Positions 16,589-26,597 of a stretch of DNA of 34,967 nt are shown here, piece by piece (position 1 is the stretch's first letter; each line of letters starts with the position of its first letter). The DNA comes from Candidatus Latescibacterota bacterium (GTDB lineage: Bacteria; Latescibacterota; UBA2968). The DNA is taken from positions 1 through 34,967 of the forward strand of contig JAYODI010000064.1 of the NCBI GenBank assembly GCA_038279365.1. Direction: 5' to 3'. The translations under genes were made by a program, and so were the position numbers. The notes beneath the pieces were generated by a model that was not told the origin of the DNA, made no database searches, and was given only the letters and a program-made list of their open reading frames with translations.

Positions 16589-19117
16589 GTGATTCGGTAT
16601 TTTTTAAAAGCCATGGATGCACATGTTCGGGCTGGGCGCATGTTGTTTGTGCTTACGGTGTTGGGTGTGGCATTGGGTGTGGCATCGGTGTTGTCGATTC
16701 AGATTATCAATCAAAATGCATTGGCGGCGTTTGAAGGCAGTATGCAAGCGGTGAGTGGGGATGCCGACTTGAGCATTTTGGGGCGTATGCCAACGTTTGA
16801 TGAGTCGTTGTATGTGGATGTCATTGGCGATGCAGGTGTTGAAGCGGCGTGGCCTTTGTATCGGGTATCTGTGGCTTTGGCCAATCGAGATCGGTTTTAT
16901 TTGGAGGTGATCGGGTTTGATTTTTTTGCGCCAGTGCGTGTGCCGTGGGAAGGTGGCAATCCGGGGGATTTTTCAAAGGTTTTGGCGCAGCCGGGTTGGG
17001 CAGCTTTTACGCCCACGCTGGCCAATCAGATGGGTTGGGCTGTTGGTGATTCGGTACAAGTATACAGTGGCTCACGTGCGGTGTGGTTGCAGGTTGGGGC
17101 ATTGGTGGACTTTCAAAAACTCAGTCCATTGGCAAGTCCTAAGATGGTGGTGATGGACATTGCTCAGGCACAACATGCGCTGGGTCGATCTGGGCAGGTG
17201 CATCAGATTGATGTGATGGTAAAAAAGGGTGTGGACGTTACGGTGGTACGTGATCGTTTGCAAAAGCAATTGGGAGCGTCCGTACAAGTGGTAACGCCTG
17301 AACAGCGGTCTCGACAGACGGAGGGCTTAATTTCGGCCTTTCGGTTGAATTTGACGGCGCTGAGTTTGATCAGTTTGTTTGTGGGATTGTTTTTGGTCTA
17401 TAGCAGCACACAAGCATCGTTGGTGCGTCGGCGTGCCGAGTTTGGGATGTTGCGGTCTATTGGCGCCACGCGGGTACAGGTGTTTGGGTTGATTGTGGGT
17501 GAGGTGGTGGTGATGGGTGGTTTGGGTGTGTTGATCGGTTTGCCATTGGGCTATTGGGGCGCAAAGGCCAATGTGGATGTGGTGAGTTCTACATTGACCA
17601 ATTTGTACTTGTTGGAAGAGATTTCGACATTACAATTGTCGCCGTGGTTGTTTGCTGTGGCGGGTTTAATTGGTTTGGGCGGTGCTATTTTGGGTGCTTT
17701 GTTGCCCGCTGTGGATATGAGCCGACGCGATACACGTAGCTTGTTGTCGGCATTTACATTGCATGAAAAAATTGGCTCATTTGCACCGCATTTGAGTGCT
17801 GGGGGTGTGGGTGTATTTTTAGTGGTGGGGGTGTGGTATATGTTGGGTGGGTCACACTGGCAACACGCGGGGTTTGTATTGGCCATTGGGTTGTTGGTGG
17901 GGTTGCCGCTGTTGACACCGATGGTGATTCGGATTTTGACCCAAAGGATTTTGGTACGTAGTTTTGGTTTGGCATACAGTTTAAAAAGTGTTGGTGCACG
18001 TTTACAAACCACATCTTTTGCGGTGGCGGCATTGGCCATTGCGGTGAGTATGTTGGTGGGCATTACGCTTATGATTGGCAGTTTTCGAGAGACGTTGAAT
18101 GTGTGGATTGGGACCACTGTGGTGGCCGATATTTATGTGACACCGTCTTCTTGGCGTGGGCAAGGTGATGAGGCGTTTTTAGAAAATGAGTTGATCGATG
18201 CCCTGCGCAATTTTGATGGTGTGCGGGCCATGGATCGGTTACGTGGTTTTTTGGTGTATAGCAACGACCAGCGATTGGCGCTTGCAGGGATTGATATGGG
18301 TATTGAGGGTGGGGCATCTCGGTTTACACTGTTGGATGGCAATGTGGAGACGGCGTTTGAACGGGTGCACAATGATGGGTGGGTTTTGGTGGGTGAGACA
18401 CTGGCGCGTAGGCAGAACTTGTGGGTGGGAGATTCGGTCTCTATTTATGTGAAGGATGGGATAGAAGATTTTTCAATTGCGGGTGTGTATTACGATTATA
18501 ACGCACAGGGTGGGGCGGTTATTTTGGATTTAAAAACAGTGGAGAAATATTGGGGACCGGGAGAAATAAACAGTGTGGCATTGTATTTGGAATCTGGGGT
18601 GGATTCAGAAGTAATGGTGGATGCCTTAAAGGCAGAATTTGAGACATCGGCCATGGATATTCGCAGCAACAAACGCTTGCGCGATGAGGCAATGACGATT
18701 TTTGATCAAACCTTTGCGGTGACGCGGTTGTTGCAGGGAATTAGTTTGTTGATTGCAGTGTGTGGCATTGCATTGATGTTGTTGGTTTTGGCACGTGAGC
18801 AAGTGTCGGAGTTGGCATTGTATCGGGCCATTGGAGCTACGAGAAGACAGGTGTTTGGTTTGTTTGTGGGCAAGGGGTTGGGCATGGGGTTTTTGGGTTT
18901 GGTGATGGGTGTTGTGGGTGGCTTTTTTTTGGCGATGGTGCTGATTTTTGTGATTAATCGGGCGTATTTTGGATGGACCATTCAGGTGTATTGGCCGTGG
19001 GGTGCTTTGGCACAACAGATGGTAACCATTTTGGGTGTGTCGATGTTGGCGAGTTTGTATCCGGCACTTAAAGCGAGTCGTACACCGGCAACAGAGTTGG
19101 GGCGTGATGATGTTTAG
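16589..19117 (+). CDS. ABC transporter permease, FtsX-like duplicated (AttF/AttG-like fusion)
   Basis: LTVLGVALGVA, MDIAQAQ, AFRLNLTALS, RRAEFGMLRSIGA, IFDQTFAVT and VINRAYFGW. GTG start at 16589 after GAAGGA. Confidence 0.9.
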   Translation: MIRYFLKAMDAHVRAGRMLFVLTVLGVALGVASVLSIQIINQNALAAFEGSMQAVSGDADLSILGRMPTFDESLYVDVIGDAGVEAAWPLYRVSVALANRDRFYLEVIGFDFFAPVRVPWEGGNPGDFSKVLAQPGWAAFTPTLANQMGWAVGDSVQVYSGSRAVWLQVGALVDFQKLSPLASPKMVVMDIAQAQHALGRSGQVHQIDVMVKKGVDVTVVRDRLQKQLGASVQVVTPEQRSRQTEGLISAFRLNLTALSLISLFVGLFLVYSSTQASLVRRRAEFGMLRSIGATRVQVFGLIVGEVVVMGGLGVLIGLPLGYWGAKANVDVVSSTLTNLYLLEEISTLQLSPWLFAVAGLIGLGGAILGALLPAVDMSRRDTRSLLSAFTLHEKIGSFAPHLSAGGVGVFLVVGVWYMLGGSHWQHAGFVLAIGLLVGLPLLTPMVIRILTQRILVRSFGLAYSLKSVGARLQTTSFAVAALAIAVSMLVGITLMIGSFRETLNVWIGTTVVADIYVTPSSWRGQGDEAFLENELIDALRNFDGVRAMDRLRGFLVYSNDQRLALAGIDMGIEGGASRFTLLDGNVETAFERVHNDGWVLVGETLARRQNLWVGDSVSIYVKDGIEDFSIAGVYYDYNAQGGAVILDLKTVEKYWGPGEINSVALYLESGVDSEVMVDALKAEFETSAMDIRSNKRLRDEAMTIFDQTFAVTRLLQGISLLIAVCGIALMLLVLAREQVSELALYRAIGATRRQVFGLFVGKGLGMGFLGLVMGVVGGFFLAMVLIFVINRAYFGWTIQVYWPWGALAQQMVTILGVSMLASLYPALKASRTPATELGRDDV

Positions 19118-20267
19118 AATTGGCGATCAGCAGTCAGCGGTCAGCGGTCAGCGGCAGTTTGTTTTAGCCATTGTTATTTGTTTGTTGTGTTCTTTTGGGT
19201 TTTTGGCGCATGCAGATGGTGATGAATGGAAGATTGCGGTGCCTAATTATGCGTGGTCATTTCCGCAGGATCATTGGGCGCGACCAGGATACAAAACGGA
19301 GTGGTGGTATTTTACAGGTCACTTAGAAAGTGAGCAAGGACGTAAATTTGGGTATCAGTTTACGTTTTTTCGGGTGGGATTGCAGCCTCAAAAACCACCA
19401 TTGAACTCAGGCTGGGCTGTGAACAATTTGATTATGGGGCATGCTTCAGTGAGTGACGTGGAGACAGGACGTCATTTTTTTAGTGAGGTATTGTATCGGT
19501 CAACGCCTTTGTTGGGTGAATTTGGTGTGTATCCCGATACGTTGTTGGCCTGGAGTCGTGGGCCTGTGGGTACACCCGATAAGTGGACACTTTCTTGGAA
19601 TGGTGAGGCGTTTGATTTTGGTGCGGCAGATGTCAAAAATGGGATACGCTTTGAATTGCGCACCCAACCGAAGAAACCTATGATCTTTCAAGGGCCAAAT
19701 GGATACAGCAAAAAGGGTGTGGGAGAAAGTGCAGCAAGCCAGTATTACAGTTTTACACGTTTAAAAACAGAAGGGTCTGTTACGGTTGGTGATGAGACAT
19801 TTGTTGTGACGGGTGAGAGTTGGATGGATAAGGAATTTGGGTCGAATCAGTTGGATGAAAAGCAAGTGGGATGGGATTGGTTTAGTTTGCAAATGGATGA
19901 TGGGCGCGAGGTGATGTTGTATGTATTAAGAGATCAAACAAATGCTGTGGATTATGCACGCGGAACGATTGTATCGGCTGAAGGGAAAACGCGCTATTTA
20001 GACCGCGAAGCATTTGAGGTTGAAGTGACAGACCGTTGGACAAGCGCGAAGACAGATGCAACATATCCGGCGGGATGGCTTATTGATGTGGATGGTGAGC
20101 GACTGGAGATTCACCCCGAGATGAACAACCAAGAAAATTTGGCTAAGTTGGTGGGTTCGTTGTTTTATTGGGAAGGTGCTGTAAAGGTGCTAAAAGACGG
20201 AAAGCAGATGGGGAAGGGGTATGTGGAGTTGACAGGGTATGGATTGGGGAGTGTCCCTGGAATGTAA
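19107..20267 (+). CDS. Secreted AttH/CrtC-like lipocalin-domain protein
   Basis: FPQDH, TEWWYFTG, GYQFTFFR, YYSFTRL, SWMDKEF, GWDWFSLQ, YWEGAV and GYVELTGY; signal peptide ending AHA. Start overlaps the permease stop. Confidence 0.88.
   Translation: MMFRIGDQQSAVSGQRQFVLAIVICLLCSFGFLAHADGDEWKIAVPNYAWSFPQDHWARPGYKTEWWYFTGHLESEQGRKFGYQFTFFRVGLQPQKPPLNSGWAVNNLIMGHASVSDVETGRHFFSEVLYRSTPLLGEFGVYPDTLLAWSRGPVGTPDKWTLSWNGEAFDFGAADVKNGIRFELRTQPKKPMIFQGPNGYSKKGVGESAASQYYSFTRLKTEGSVTVGDETFVVTGESWMDKEFGSNQLDEKQVGWDWFSLQMDDGREVMLYVLRDQTNAVDYARGTIVSAEGKTRYLDREAFEVEVTDRWTSAKTDATYPAGWLIDVDGERLEIHPEMNNQENLAKLVGSLFYWEGAVKVLKDGKQMGKGYVELTGYGLGSVPGM
19127..19154 (+). repeat. Heptamer tandem repeat (TCAGCRG)x4 inside the 5' end of the attH-like gene
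   Basis: tcagcag tcagcgg tcagcgg tcagcgg, read directly. Confidence 0.85.
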
Positions 20268-20318
20268 TTGATGGTGTATATCGTGGTTATTGTTTGGCGC
20301 AATATAGAAAATGGTTTT

Positions 20319-20350
20319 AAGGCCTTGGATTATTTACCAAGGCTTTTTGT
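20319..20350 (+). terminator. Intrinsic terminator of the ABC/AttH operon
   Basis: gccttgg / ccaaggc stem followed by ttttt. Confidence 0.75.
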
Positions 20351-20500
20351 AATTAAAAAACGAGAGTTATATTTTAAAGGTTTTAAAAACATAATAGTGA
20401 TATAGGCCATAAAATAAAATGTCGCCTGAAAGATAATGGGCTTTTATTTTGCACAAGGGATCAATAATTTTGGATATTAGATATAAAAGGGAGGTTTGTG

Positions 20501-21964
20501 ATGAAATGGATTGTGGGTGCATTTATGCACGAGACGAATACATTTTCAACCGTGCCAACTGATTTGGCGTCGTTTCGGGCGCAGACATATTTACAAGGTG
20601 AAGAGATTGCGCACGTGCAAGGTGGCACAGAGACGGTTGTGGGTGGGTTTTTGGATGTGATTGCGCAGCGAGGAGATGAGGTGGTCTATACGGTTTCATC
20701 TCATGCAACACCGTCGGGGCTGGTTACTCGCGAGGCTTTTGATACGATTGGTGAGCAGATTGTGGCGGGTATTGCCGCGAATAAAGATGCCGATGGTATT
20801 TTGTTGGCCCTTCACGGCGCAATGGTTGTTGAGGGCATTGATGATGGTGAAGGCCATTTGTTGGGGCTTATTCGCGAGGTGGTGGGCAATGAGATGCCGA
20901 TTGTGGTGGTTTTGGATTTGCACTCGCACATTACTGATGAATTGGTTACGCGAGCAAATATGTTGATTGGCTATCAAAAGTATCCCCATACCGATATGGG
21001 TGATCGGGGGCGTGAAGCTGCGCAAATGATTGTGCGCATTGCCAAGGGTGAGGTTACACCGGTTGTGTCGTTAAACAAACCACCGATGATACCTGTGTGT
21101 GGCACGTGTCATACCGAAGGTGGGTTGTATAAAGAGATGTGGGATGTGGCCTTGCGACCGGATCGGCCCGAGAACATTTTATCAACATCGTTGTTTGCTG
21201 GGTTTTCATATGCCGATATACCGCCTATGGGCTATGCGGTGGTGGTTTATGCCAATGGGGATGAGGCTGTGGCAAAAGCTGAGGCCGATCAGTTGGCTAA
21301 AATGGCGTGGGACAGGCGTGCGGAGTTTTTGTATACACCTACGCCTGTGCCCGATGCGATTCGACAAGCTTTGGCTGTAAATGGACAGCCTGTGGTGATT
21401 GCCGATATTGCCGATAACCCAGGTGGCGGGGGATCGAATGATGGGGTAGAAATTTTGCGTGAATTGATTGCACAAGGTGTGACCCAGGCGGCCATTGCGA
21501 CTATTTATGACCCTCAGGTGGTACAAGAAGCAATACAAGTGGGTGTTGGCAATGTGTTGACAACCTCTTTGGGTGCAAAGACGGATGATTTACACGGCCA
21601 ACCTATAGATGTGACGGGGCGTGTGCGATCTGTTTTTGATGGTCAATTTACCTACAAAGGGCCGATGAGTCGTGGGGCAAGTGCGAGTTTGGGCACGAGT
21701 GCTGTGTTGGATATTGGCGGTATTTTGGTGGTTGTGAGCAGTAAGCGCATTCAAAGTCGTGACCCAGAGATGTTTCGGGCTGCGGGAATTGACCCAATGG
21801 ATCAAAAGATTTTGGTGGTCAAATCGGCCGTACATTTTCGGGCGGGTTTTGCACCCATTGCAGCAGATATTGTCATTGCAGATGCACCCGGATTGACGGC
21901 ACTGGATTTGTCGCAGTTTGATTTTAAGCGCATTTCTCGTCCTCTATATCCGATAGATAGGTGA
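20501..21964 (+). CDS. M81 family metallopeptidase (MlrC-like)
   Basis: HETNTF, LHGAMV, DGEG, LDLH, YPHTD, DNPGGG and VVKSAVHFRA; GGGAGG RBS. Confidence 0.92.
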   Translation: MKWIVGAFMHETNTFSTVPTDLASFRAQTYLQGEEIAHVQGGTETVVGGFLDVIAQRGDEVVYTVSSHATPSGLVTREAFDTIGEQIVAGIAANKDADGILLALHGAMVVEGIDDGEGHLLGLIREVVGNEMPIVVVLDLHSHITDELVTRANMLIGYQKYPHTDMGDRGREAAQMIVRIAKGEVTPVVSLNKPPMIPVCGTCHTEGGLYKEMWDVALRPDRPENILSTSLFAGFSYADIPPMGYAVVVYANGDEAVAKAEADQLAKMAWDRRAEFLYTPTPVPDAIRQALAVNGQPVVIADIADNPGGGGSNDGVEILRELIAQGVTQAAIATIYDPQVVQEAIQVGVGNVLTTSLGAKTDDLHGQPIDVTGRVRSVFDGQFTYKGPMSRGASASLGTSAVLDIGGILVVVSSKRIQSRDPEMFRAAGIDPMDQKILVVKSAVHFRAGFAPIAADIVIADAPGLTALDLSQFDFKRISRPLYPIDR

Positions 21965-22168
21965 CACAATTGATGCACATGGTGCAAATGGATCACTTGT
22001 TGGTCGCAGGTGGTATTCTGCTAAAAATCGAATTTAATTTTTAATTATGTAACATATTATATTTTATTCATTTAGTGCCACTGATTGAGTATGATGAGTC
22101 AAGGTATTGTTTTTGCTATATAATATTATTTGTTAATGGTTTACGCTCATAGAAATGATGGACACGTT

Positions 22169-23656
22169 ATGGATATATTGGGACGTAAAAATCAGATATC
22201 TAAAATAGGTCAGGCCCGTTTTGAGGCTGTGTTTTATCATGCCGCCATTGGGATAGACATTATTGATGAAGATGGACGTATCATTGACTGTAATCCTGCA
22301 TTTGAAAAGATGTTTGGTTATTCTCGCTCTGAATTGCGTGCAATGACCTTTATGGATTTAACACATCCAGATGATGTTGCTGAGGGACGTCATTTACACT
22401 TGGAGATTTTGGCCGGTAAACGCGCCCATTTTCAAATTGAAAAACGTTATTATCGCAAAGATGGATCGCTATTGTGGGCACGGGTGACGGTATCCGTTTT
22501 TGATACAGACACCAGTGATGCCAATCTTGTTATTGCCATGGTTGAAGATGTTACGACTCAAAAACAATCAGAATCTGCATTGCGCGAAAGTGAAGAACGG
22601 TTTCGAAGATTGTCTACGGCAGCATTTGAAGGCATTTTTATCCATCGGGGTGGAATCATTTTAGACACCAATGAACAGTTTGCACGCTTGCTTGGGTTTT
22701 CAAGTGGAGAAGAATTAATAGGAACCAATGGTTGGCGGTATGTTGTGCGTGAAACGCGACGAAGTGCAATTGAACACATGCGTAACAAAGATGAACGCCC
22801 CTTTGAAGGTTACATCACAACAAAAGACAAACAGATTGTTCCAATTGAAGTGGTGGGTCGCGAAATACCGTGGAAGGGTACCACTGTTGGTGTGGTGGCC
22901 ATACGCAATATTCAAGAGCGCAAAGAGGCCGAAAGTGAGCGTCGTGTGTTGGAACACCAACTGTTTCAAGCCGAACGGTTGGCAACGGTTGGTACGGTGG
23001 TATCGGGCATCGTACACAATTTAAAAGGTCCTTTAACGGGTATAGTAGGATATTCCGATTTGTTAAAGTTGAGATATCCAAATGAAGAGTTTATCAATCG
23101 CATTCAAAACTCTGCCAATCATATGAATGAAATGATCGAAAATATTTTGGTAAAAGGAAGGCGAAAGCAAAAAGACGAGTGGATTGATGTGCATCAATTG
23201 TTGCAACGTGAGTTGGAGTTTTTGGGGGCAGATCACTTTTTTAAACATGGCGTGAAAACCGAAATTTCTTTTGGTACGGATGTGCCTCATTTTTGGGGTG
23301 CCTATACAGATTTGTCTCAAGTTTTTGGCAATCTTTTGCGCAATGCGGTTGACGCGATGTACGATCGTGAAATACAGGTCTTACGTATTTCGACATCCGT
23401 TCAAGATGATCAGATTTGTGTGGACATCCAAGACACGGGATGTGGTATTCCCCAATCGCGTATTGCAACCCTTTTTGATGCCTTTGTAACCACCAAAGGT
23501 GGTGATGGTAAAACGGCACCACAAGGTACTGGGTTGGGGCTCTATATGGTGCAACGGCTCTTAAAGGAATACAGTGCCTCTATTGATGTATCCAGTGAAG
23601 AGGATGTGGGTACTTTGTTTCAAGTGCGTTTGCCTTTAAAGCGTGAAATTTCATAA
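22169..23656 (+). CDS. Cytoplasmic PAS-PAC-PAS sensor histidine kinase (HK1)
   Basis: THPDD...EKRYYRKDG PAS/PAC, second PAS, H-box GIVHNLKGPL, NLLRNA, DTGCGI and GTGLGL; no TM. Start uncertain (22130-22169). Confidence 0.92.
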   Translation: MDILGRKNQISKIGQARFEAVFYHAAIGIDIIDEDGRIIDCNPAFEKMFGYSRSELRAMTFMDLTHPDDVAEGRHLHLEILAGKRAHFQIEKRYYRKDGSLLWARVTVSVFDTDTSDANLVIAMVEDVTTQKQSESALRESEERFRRLSTAAFEGIFIHRGGIILDTNEQFARLLGFSSGEELIGTNGWRYVVRETRRSAIEHMRNKDERPFEGYITTKDKQIVPIEVVGREIPWKGTTVGVVAIRNIQERKEAESERRVLEHQLFQAERLATVGTVVSGIVHNLKGPLTGIVGYSDLLKLRYPNEEFINRIQNSANHMNEMIENILVKGRRKQKDEWIDVHQLLQRELEFLGADHFFKHGVKTEISFGTDVPHFWGAYTDLSQVFGNLLRNAVDAMYDREIQVLRISTSVQDDQICVDIQDTGCGIPQSRIATLFDAFVTTKGGDGKTAPQGTGLGLYMVQRLLKEYSASIDVSSEEDVGTLFQVRLPLKREIS

Positions 23657-23674
23657 AAACTATAGGATTAAGTG

Positions 23675-25663
23675 ATGGTTTATGAGTCACGTAAAGTAGG
23701 GATTCAGGTTTATTACATACTTGTATTGTACCTGTTTATGCCCAATGTTACTATGGCACATTCTGGTGACGAAGTTTTTGATTTTTTTGCCGAAGAGGCA
23801 CGTGTGACAACGGCATCCAGGCAACCTACAACCTTGCAAGAAGCACCTGCGACCATGCATGTTGTCACTGCTCAAGACATTCAAGATTCAGGTGCACAAA
23901 CCATTTGGGATGCATTGCGCACAGTGCCGGGTGTAGATGTGATGATTGTGCAAACATTTCAAGGCGAAGTGGGCATTCGCGGAATGAATAAAGCTTTGAA
24001 CAATCGGGTATTGGTGTTGTTGGATGGCAAACCGATTTTGAGTGGATATTTTGAACGGGTCAATTGGGAATATTTGCCTGTGGGATTGGCCGAAATTGAT
24101 CGTATTGAAGTGGTTTTGGGGCCCGTGTCTGCGCTATATGGCCCCAATGCCATTAGCGGTGTTATCAATGTGATTACCAAAACGCCCCAACAAATTTCTC
24201 ATGGTGTGGTTCATGTGATGGCGGGTGATTATCACACATTGTTGGGCAATGCTGTTGTTGGGATGCAGTCGGAAAGTCTATCGGGTAAAATGAGTGTGGG
24301 ATGGCGTTCTACGCGTTTGTTAGAAGACGCCAATGATCCGGCCTCACGTGTGAACCAATGGCATGGTTTTTTACAAAAGGATATGCGTGAAAATGCTTAT
24401 TTGGCTGTGCGAGGGGGTTTGGTTCATATCGACAGTCGAAACAATGTAGGGGGTTTGGGTTCCTCGTTTGAACGGGGTCCCAGTGGATATTTGCGTGCTG
24501 ATTATCAACAAGATCAAACCCGCTTACAAGGGTTTTGGAATCGCAATGGTACACAATTGTTCAATGATGATGATGATGTGCCTTTACAATTTGATTTGGA
24601 TTCTGATTGTTTAGAGTTTGACGTTGAACAAGATGTGACGCTATCAAAGCATCAGGCATTAACCGTTGGAGGCAGTGTCAAACACAATCGGATGCGATCA
24701 GGTGCATTGTCTTTGGGTGTGCACAAACGCACACTGTGGAGTTTGTTTTTTGAAGACCATTGGCATCTGCACCCTCAGCTTTCTTTTGTATTAAGTGGGC
24801 GATTAGATCACCACTCGGTTGTTGGGTGGCAAGGATCTCCGCGTGGCAGTGTGATTTGGGAGCCTCAAGGTGGCCATGTGTTTCGCATATCGGCGGGCAC
24901 CTCGTTTCGTTTTCCAACCATCACCGAAAGCGCGTTGCAATTTGATCAACAATTGGCGCTATCAAGTGACAGCAATTTGCCTTTTCACACCGTTGCGCTG
25001 TCGATTTTGGGCAATCTAGACTTGAAGGCTGAACAAATGCGCATGTTGGAAGGGGCCTATACCGCCAAGAAGAAAAACCTTCAGTTTATGGGAACGATGT
25101 ATGTTTATCGGCTTAAGCATGTGATTGCCACCACACTTCCAGAAATCGGGTTAACGATGTCTGTGCCGACCGTACGGGTATCTTTTGAAAATCGCCCAGG
25201 TCAAATTCGGGCTTGGGGTGGTGAAATGGGTTTAAAGGTTGGGTTGGGCATGGGGTTAGATGGCACTGTGAATTATGCCTATCAAAATATTAAAAATGAT
25301 ATTGATCCGCTCTCTTCTGTGGATGGCAGCCCAACGCACAAGGTAAATATGGGCTTACGTTTTCAAAAAAGAGGTTGGACAATAAGTGGATGGATGCACT
25401 GGGTGGGGGCAACTCTTTGGTATCAAAACGATTTGGTTCCCGACGTCAATGCTGTTGGACGGGTTGATGCCTATGCACTGATTAACGCACAAGCACGTTA
25501 TGCATTTTCAGGTGCTTTAAAAAAATGGGTGATGGGGATCAGTGCTTTCAATTTATTAAACAACAAACATTTTGAAACCTTGCCTGCAAGTGCACTTGGG
25601 CAGGGGCAACGGGGAGAAATCGTTCAGCGTCGAATCGTTGGTACGCTGACTTTTGCTTTTTAA
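23675..25663 (+). CDS. TonB-dependent receptor (TBDR1)
   Basis: Signal peptide, TonB-box-like VTTASR, plug motifs DALRTVPGV and IDRIEVVLGPVSALYGPNAISGVINVITK, NLLN, C-terminal Phe. Confidence 0.93.
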   Translation: MVYESRKVGIQVYYILVLYLFMPNVTMAHSGDEVFDFFAEEARVTTASRQPTTLQEAPATMHVVTAQDIQDSGAQTIWDALRTVPGVDVMIVQTFQGEVGIRGMNKALNNRVLVLLDGKPILSGYFERVNWEYLPVGLAEIDRIEVVLGPVSALYGPNAISGVINVITKTPQQISHGVVHVMAGDYHTLLGNAVVGMQSESLSGKMSVGWRSTRLLEDANDPASRVNQWHGFLQKDMRENAYLAVRGGLVHIDSRNNVGGLGSSFERGPSGYLRADYQQDQTRLQGFWNRNGTQLFNDDDDVPLQFDLDSDCLEFDVEQDVTLSKHQALTVGGSVKHNRMRSGALSLGVHKRTLWSLFFEDHWHLHPQLSFVLSGRLDHHSVVGWQGSPRGSVIWEPQGGHVFRISAGTSFRFPTITESALQFDQQLALSSDSNLPFHTVALSILGNLDLKAEQMRMLEGAYTAKKKNLQFMGTMYVYRLKHVIATTLPEIGLTMSVPTVRVSFENRPGQIRAWGGEMGLKVGLGMGLDGTVNYAYQNIKNDIDPLSSVDGSPTHKVNMGLRFQKRGWTISGWMHWVGATLWYQNDLVPDVNAVGRVDAYALINAQARYAFSGALKKWVMGISAFNLLNNKHFETLPASALGQGQRGEIVQRRIVGTLTFAF

Positions 25664-25685
25664 CTGGGGGTATCCCAACAGGGAT

Positions 25686-26597
25686 ATGAAACAACCTAAA
25701 TTACATAGAACACGGTGGCATCGGTTCATGATGCTGTTTGTTGTTTTGCTTGGCCTTTTACAATCGCCCAGCACAGCACAAGAGCTCACGGCTGTGCTCA
25801 GTTCTGAATTGTCGCCTTATGTTGAGGCCCTTGAAGGGCTTCGCACGGTGTGGGATCGTCCTATTCACCAGGTTCATTTGGAAGATGGTCAAGTACCCCA
25901 ATTGCCTTCGGAAACACGTATTGTGGTAACATTTGGTGGACAAGCGGCATTGGCATCTTATCCACCAAATGTGGTGGTTATTTATTGTTTGTCACCTGGA
26001 GTAACCCTCGAAAAACGTGGGCATCAAAATCGTGCCATCAAGATAACGATGATTCCTTCGGCCAATGAAGTCATTAAGAAAATGAAAGTTGTACAACCCA
26101 ATTTACGTCGGTTGGGTGTTTTTTGGGTGTCTGCATCACAGGAACCTTTTTTACACCTGTTAGAAACAGCCGCTCGACAATGGGATATTCAGGTGGTTAC
26201 CAAGCGTTTGGGTGGTGTGGCTGATTTGCCAAACGGATTACGCAGTATTTTACGCGATGGTGTGGATGGGTTGTGGTTGCCACCCGATCCTGCAATTATC
26301 AATCCTCGTAGTTTTGGTATTTTTAGAGAATTTTCTTATGCCAATGATGTACCGTTTTATGTGCCCAGCAGTGGGCTCTTAGAAAAAGGGGCTATTGCTT
26401 CTATTTCATGTGGTTTTGATGATGTGGGGCGCACGGCTGGTGAGGTTGCGTTGCAAGTTTTATTAGGAGATCAGTTGCCGATTGTGGTATATCCAAAACG
26501 GGTTACGTTTTGTGTGAATCTTAAAGGTGCATTGGAAACGGATTTGGCTATTGATTTAGAAGCATTGGCACGCAATGGTGGGGAGGTGAAAGAATGA
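25686..26597 (+). CDS. Periplasmic ABC-substrate-binding-like (class I PBP) protein
   Basis: Signal peptide ending STA; PYVEALEG, PNLRRLGV, DGLWLPPD, GRTAGEVA and VNLK resemble the ABC_sub_bind family. Confidence 0.78.
   Translation: MKQPKLHRTRWHRFMMLFVVLLGLLQSPSTAQELTAVLSSELSPYVEALEGLRTVWDRPIHQVHLEDGQVPQLPSETRIVVTFGGQAALASYPPNVVVIYCLSPGVTLEKRGHQNRAIKITMIPSANEVIKKMKVVQPNLRRLGVFWVSASQEPFLHLLETAARQWDIQVVTKRLGGVADLPNGLRSILRDGVDGLWLPPDPAIINPRSFGIFREFSYANDVPFYVPSSGLLEKGAIASISCGFDDVGRTAGEVALQVLLGDQLPIVVYPKRVTFCVNLKGALETDLAIDLEALARNGGEVKE

Noticed and set aside
19107-20267. Carotenoid 1,2-hydratase crtC
   Set aside because: It has a signal peptide and ABC-operon context and no crt genes nearby, so AttH-like fits better.
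20501-21964. Microcystin degradation cluster
   Set aside because: Only an MlrC-family peptidase is present, with no mlrA/B/D. The family is widespread.
22085-22125. FNR box or defined promoter upstream of the kinase/TBDR operon
   Set aside because: The ttga...tcaa spacing does not fit TTGAT-N4-ATCAA. A TATAAT at 22119 lacks a clear -35 in AT-rich DNA.
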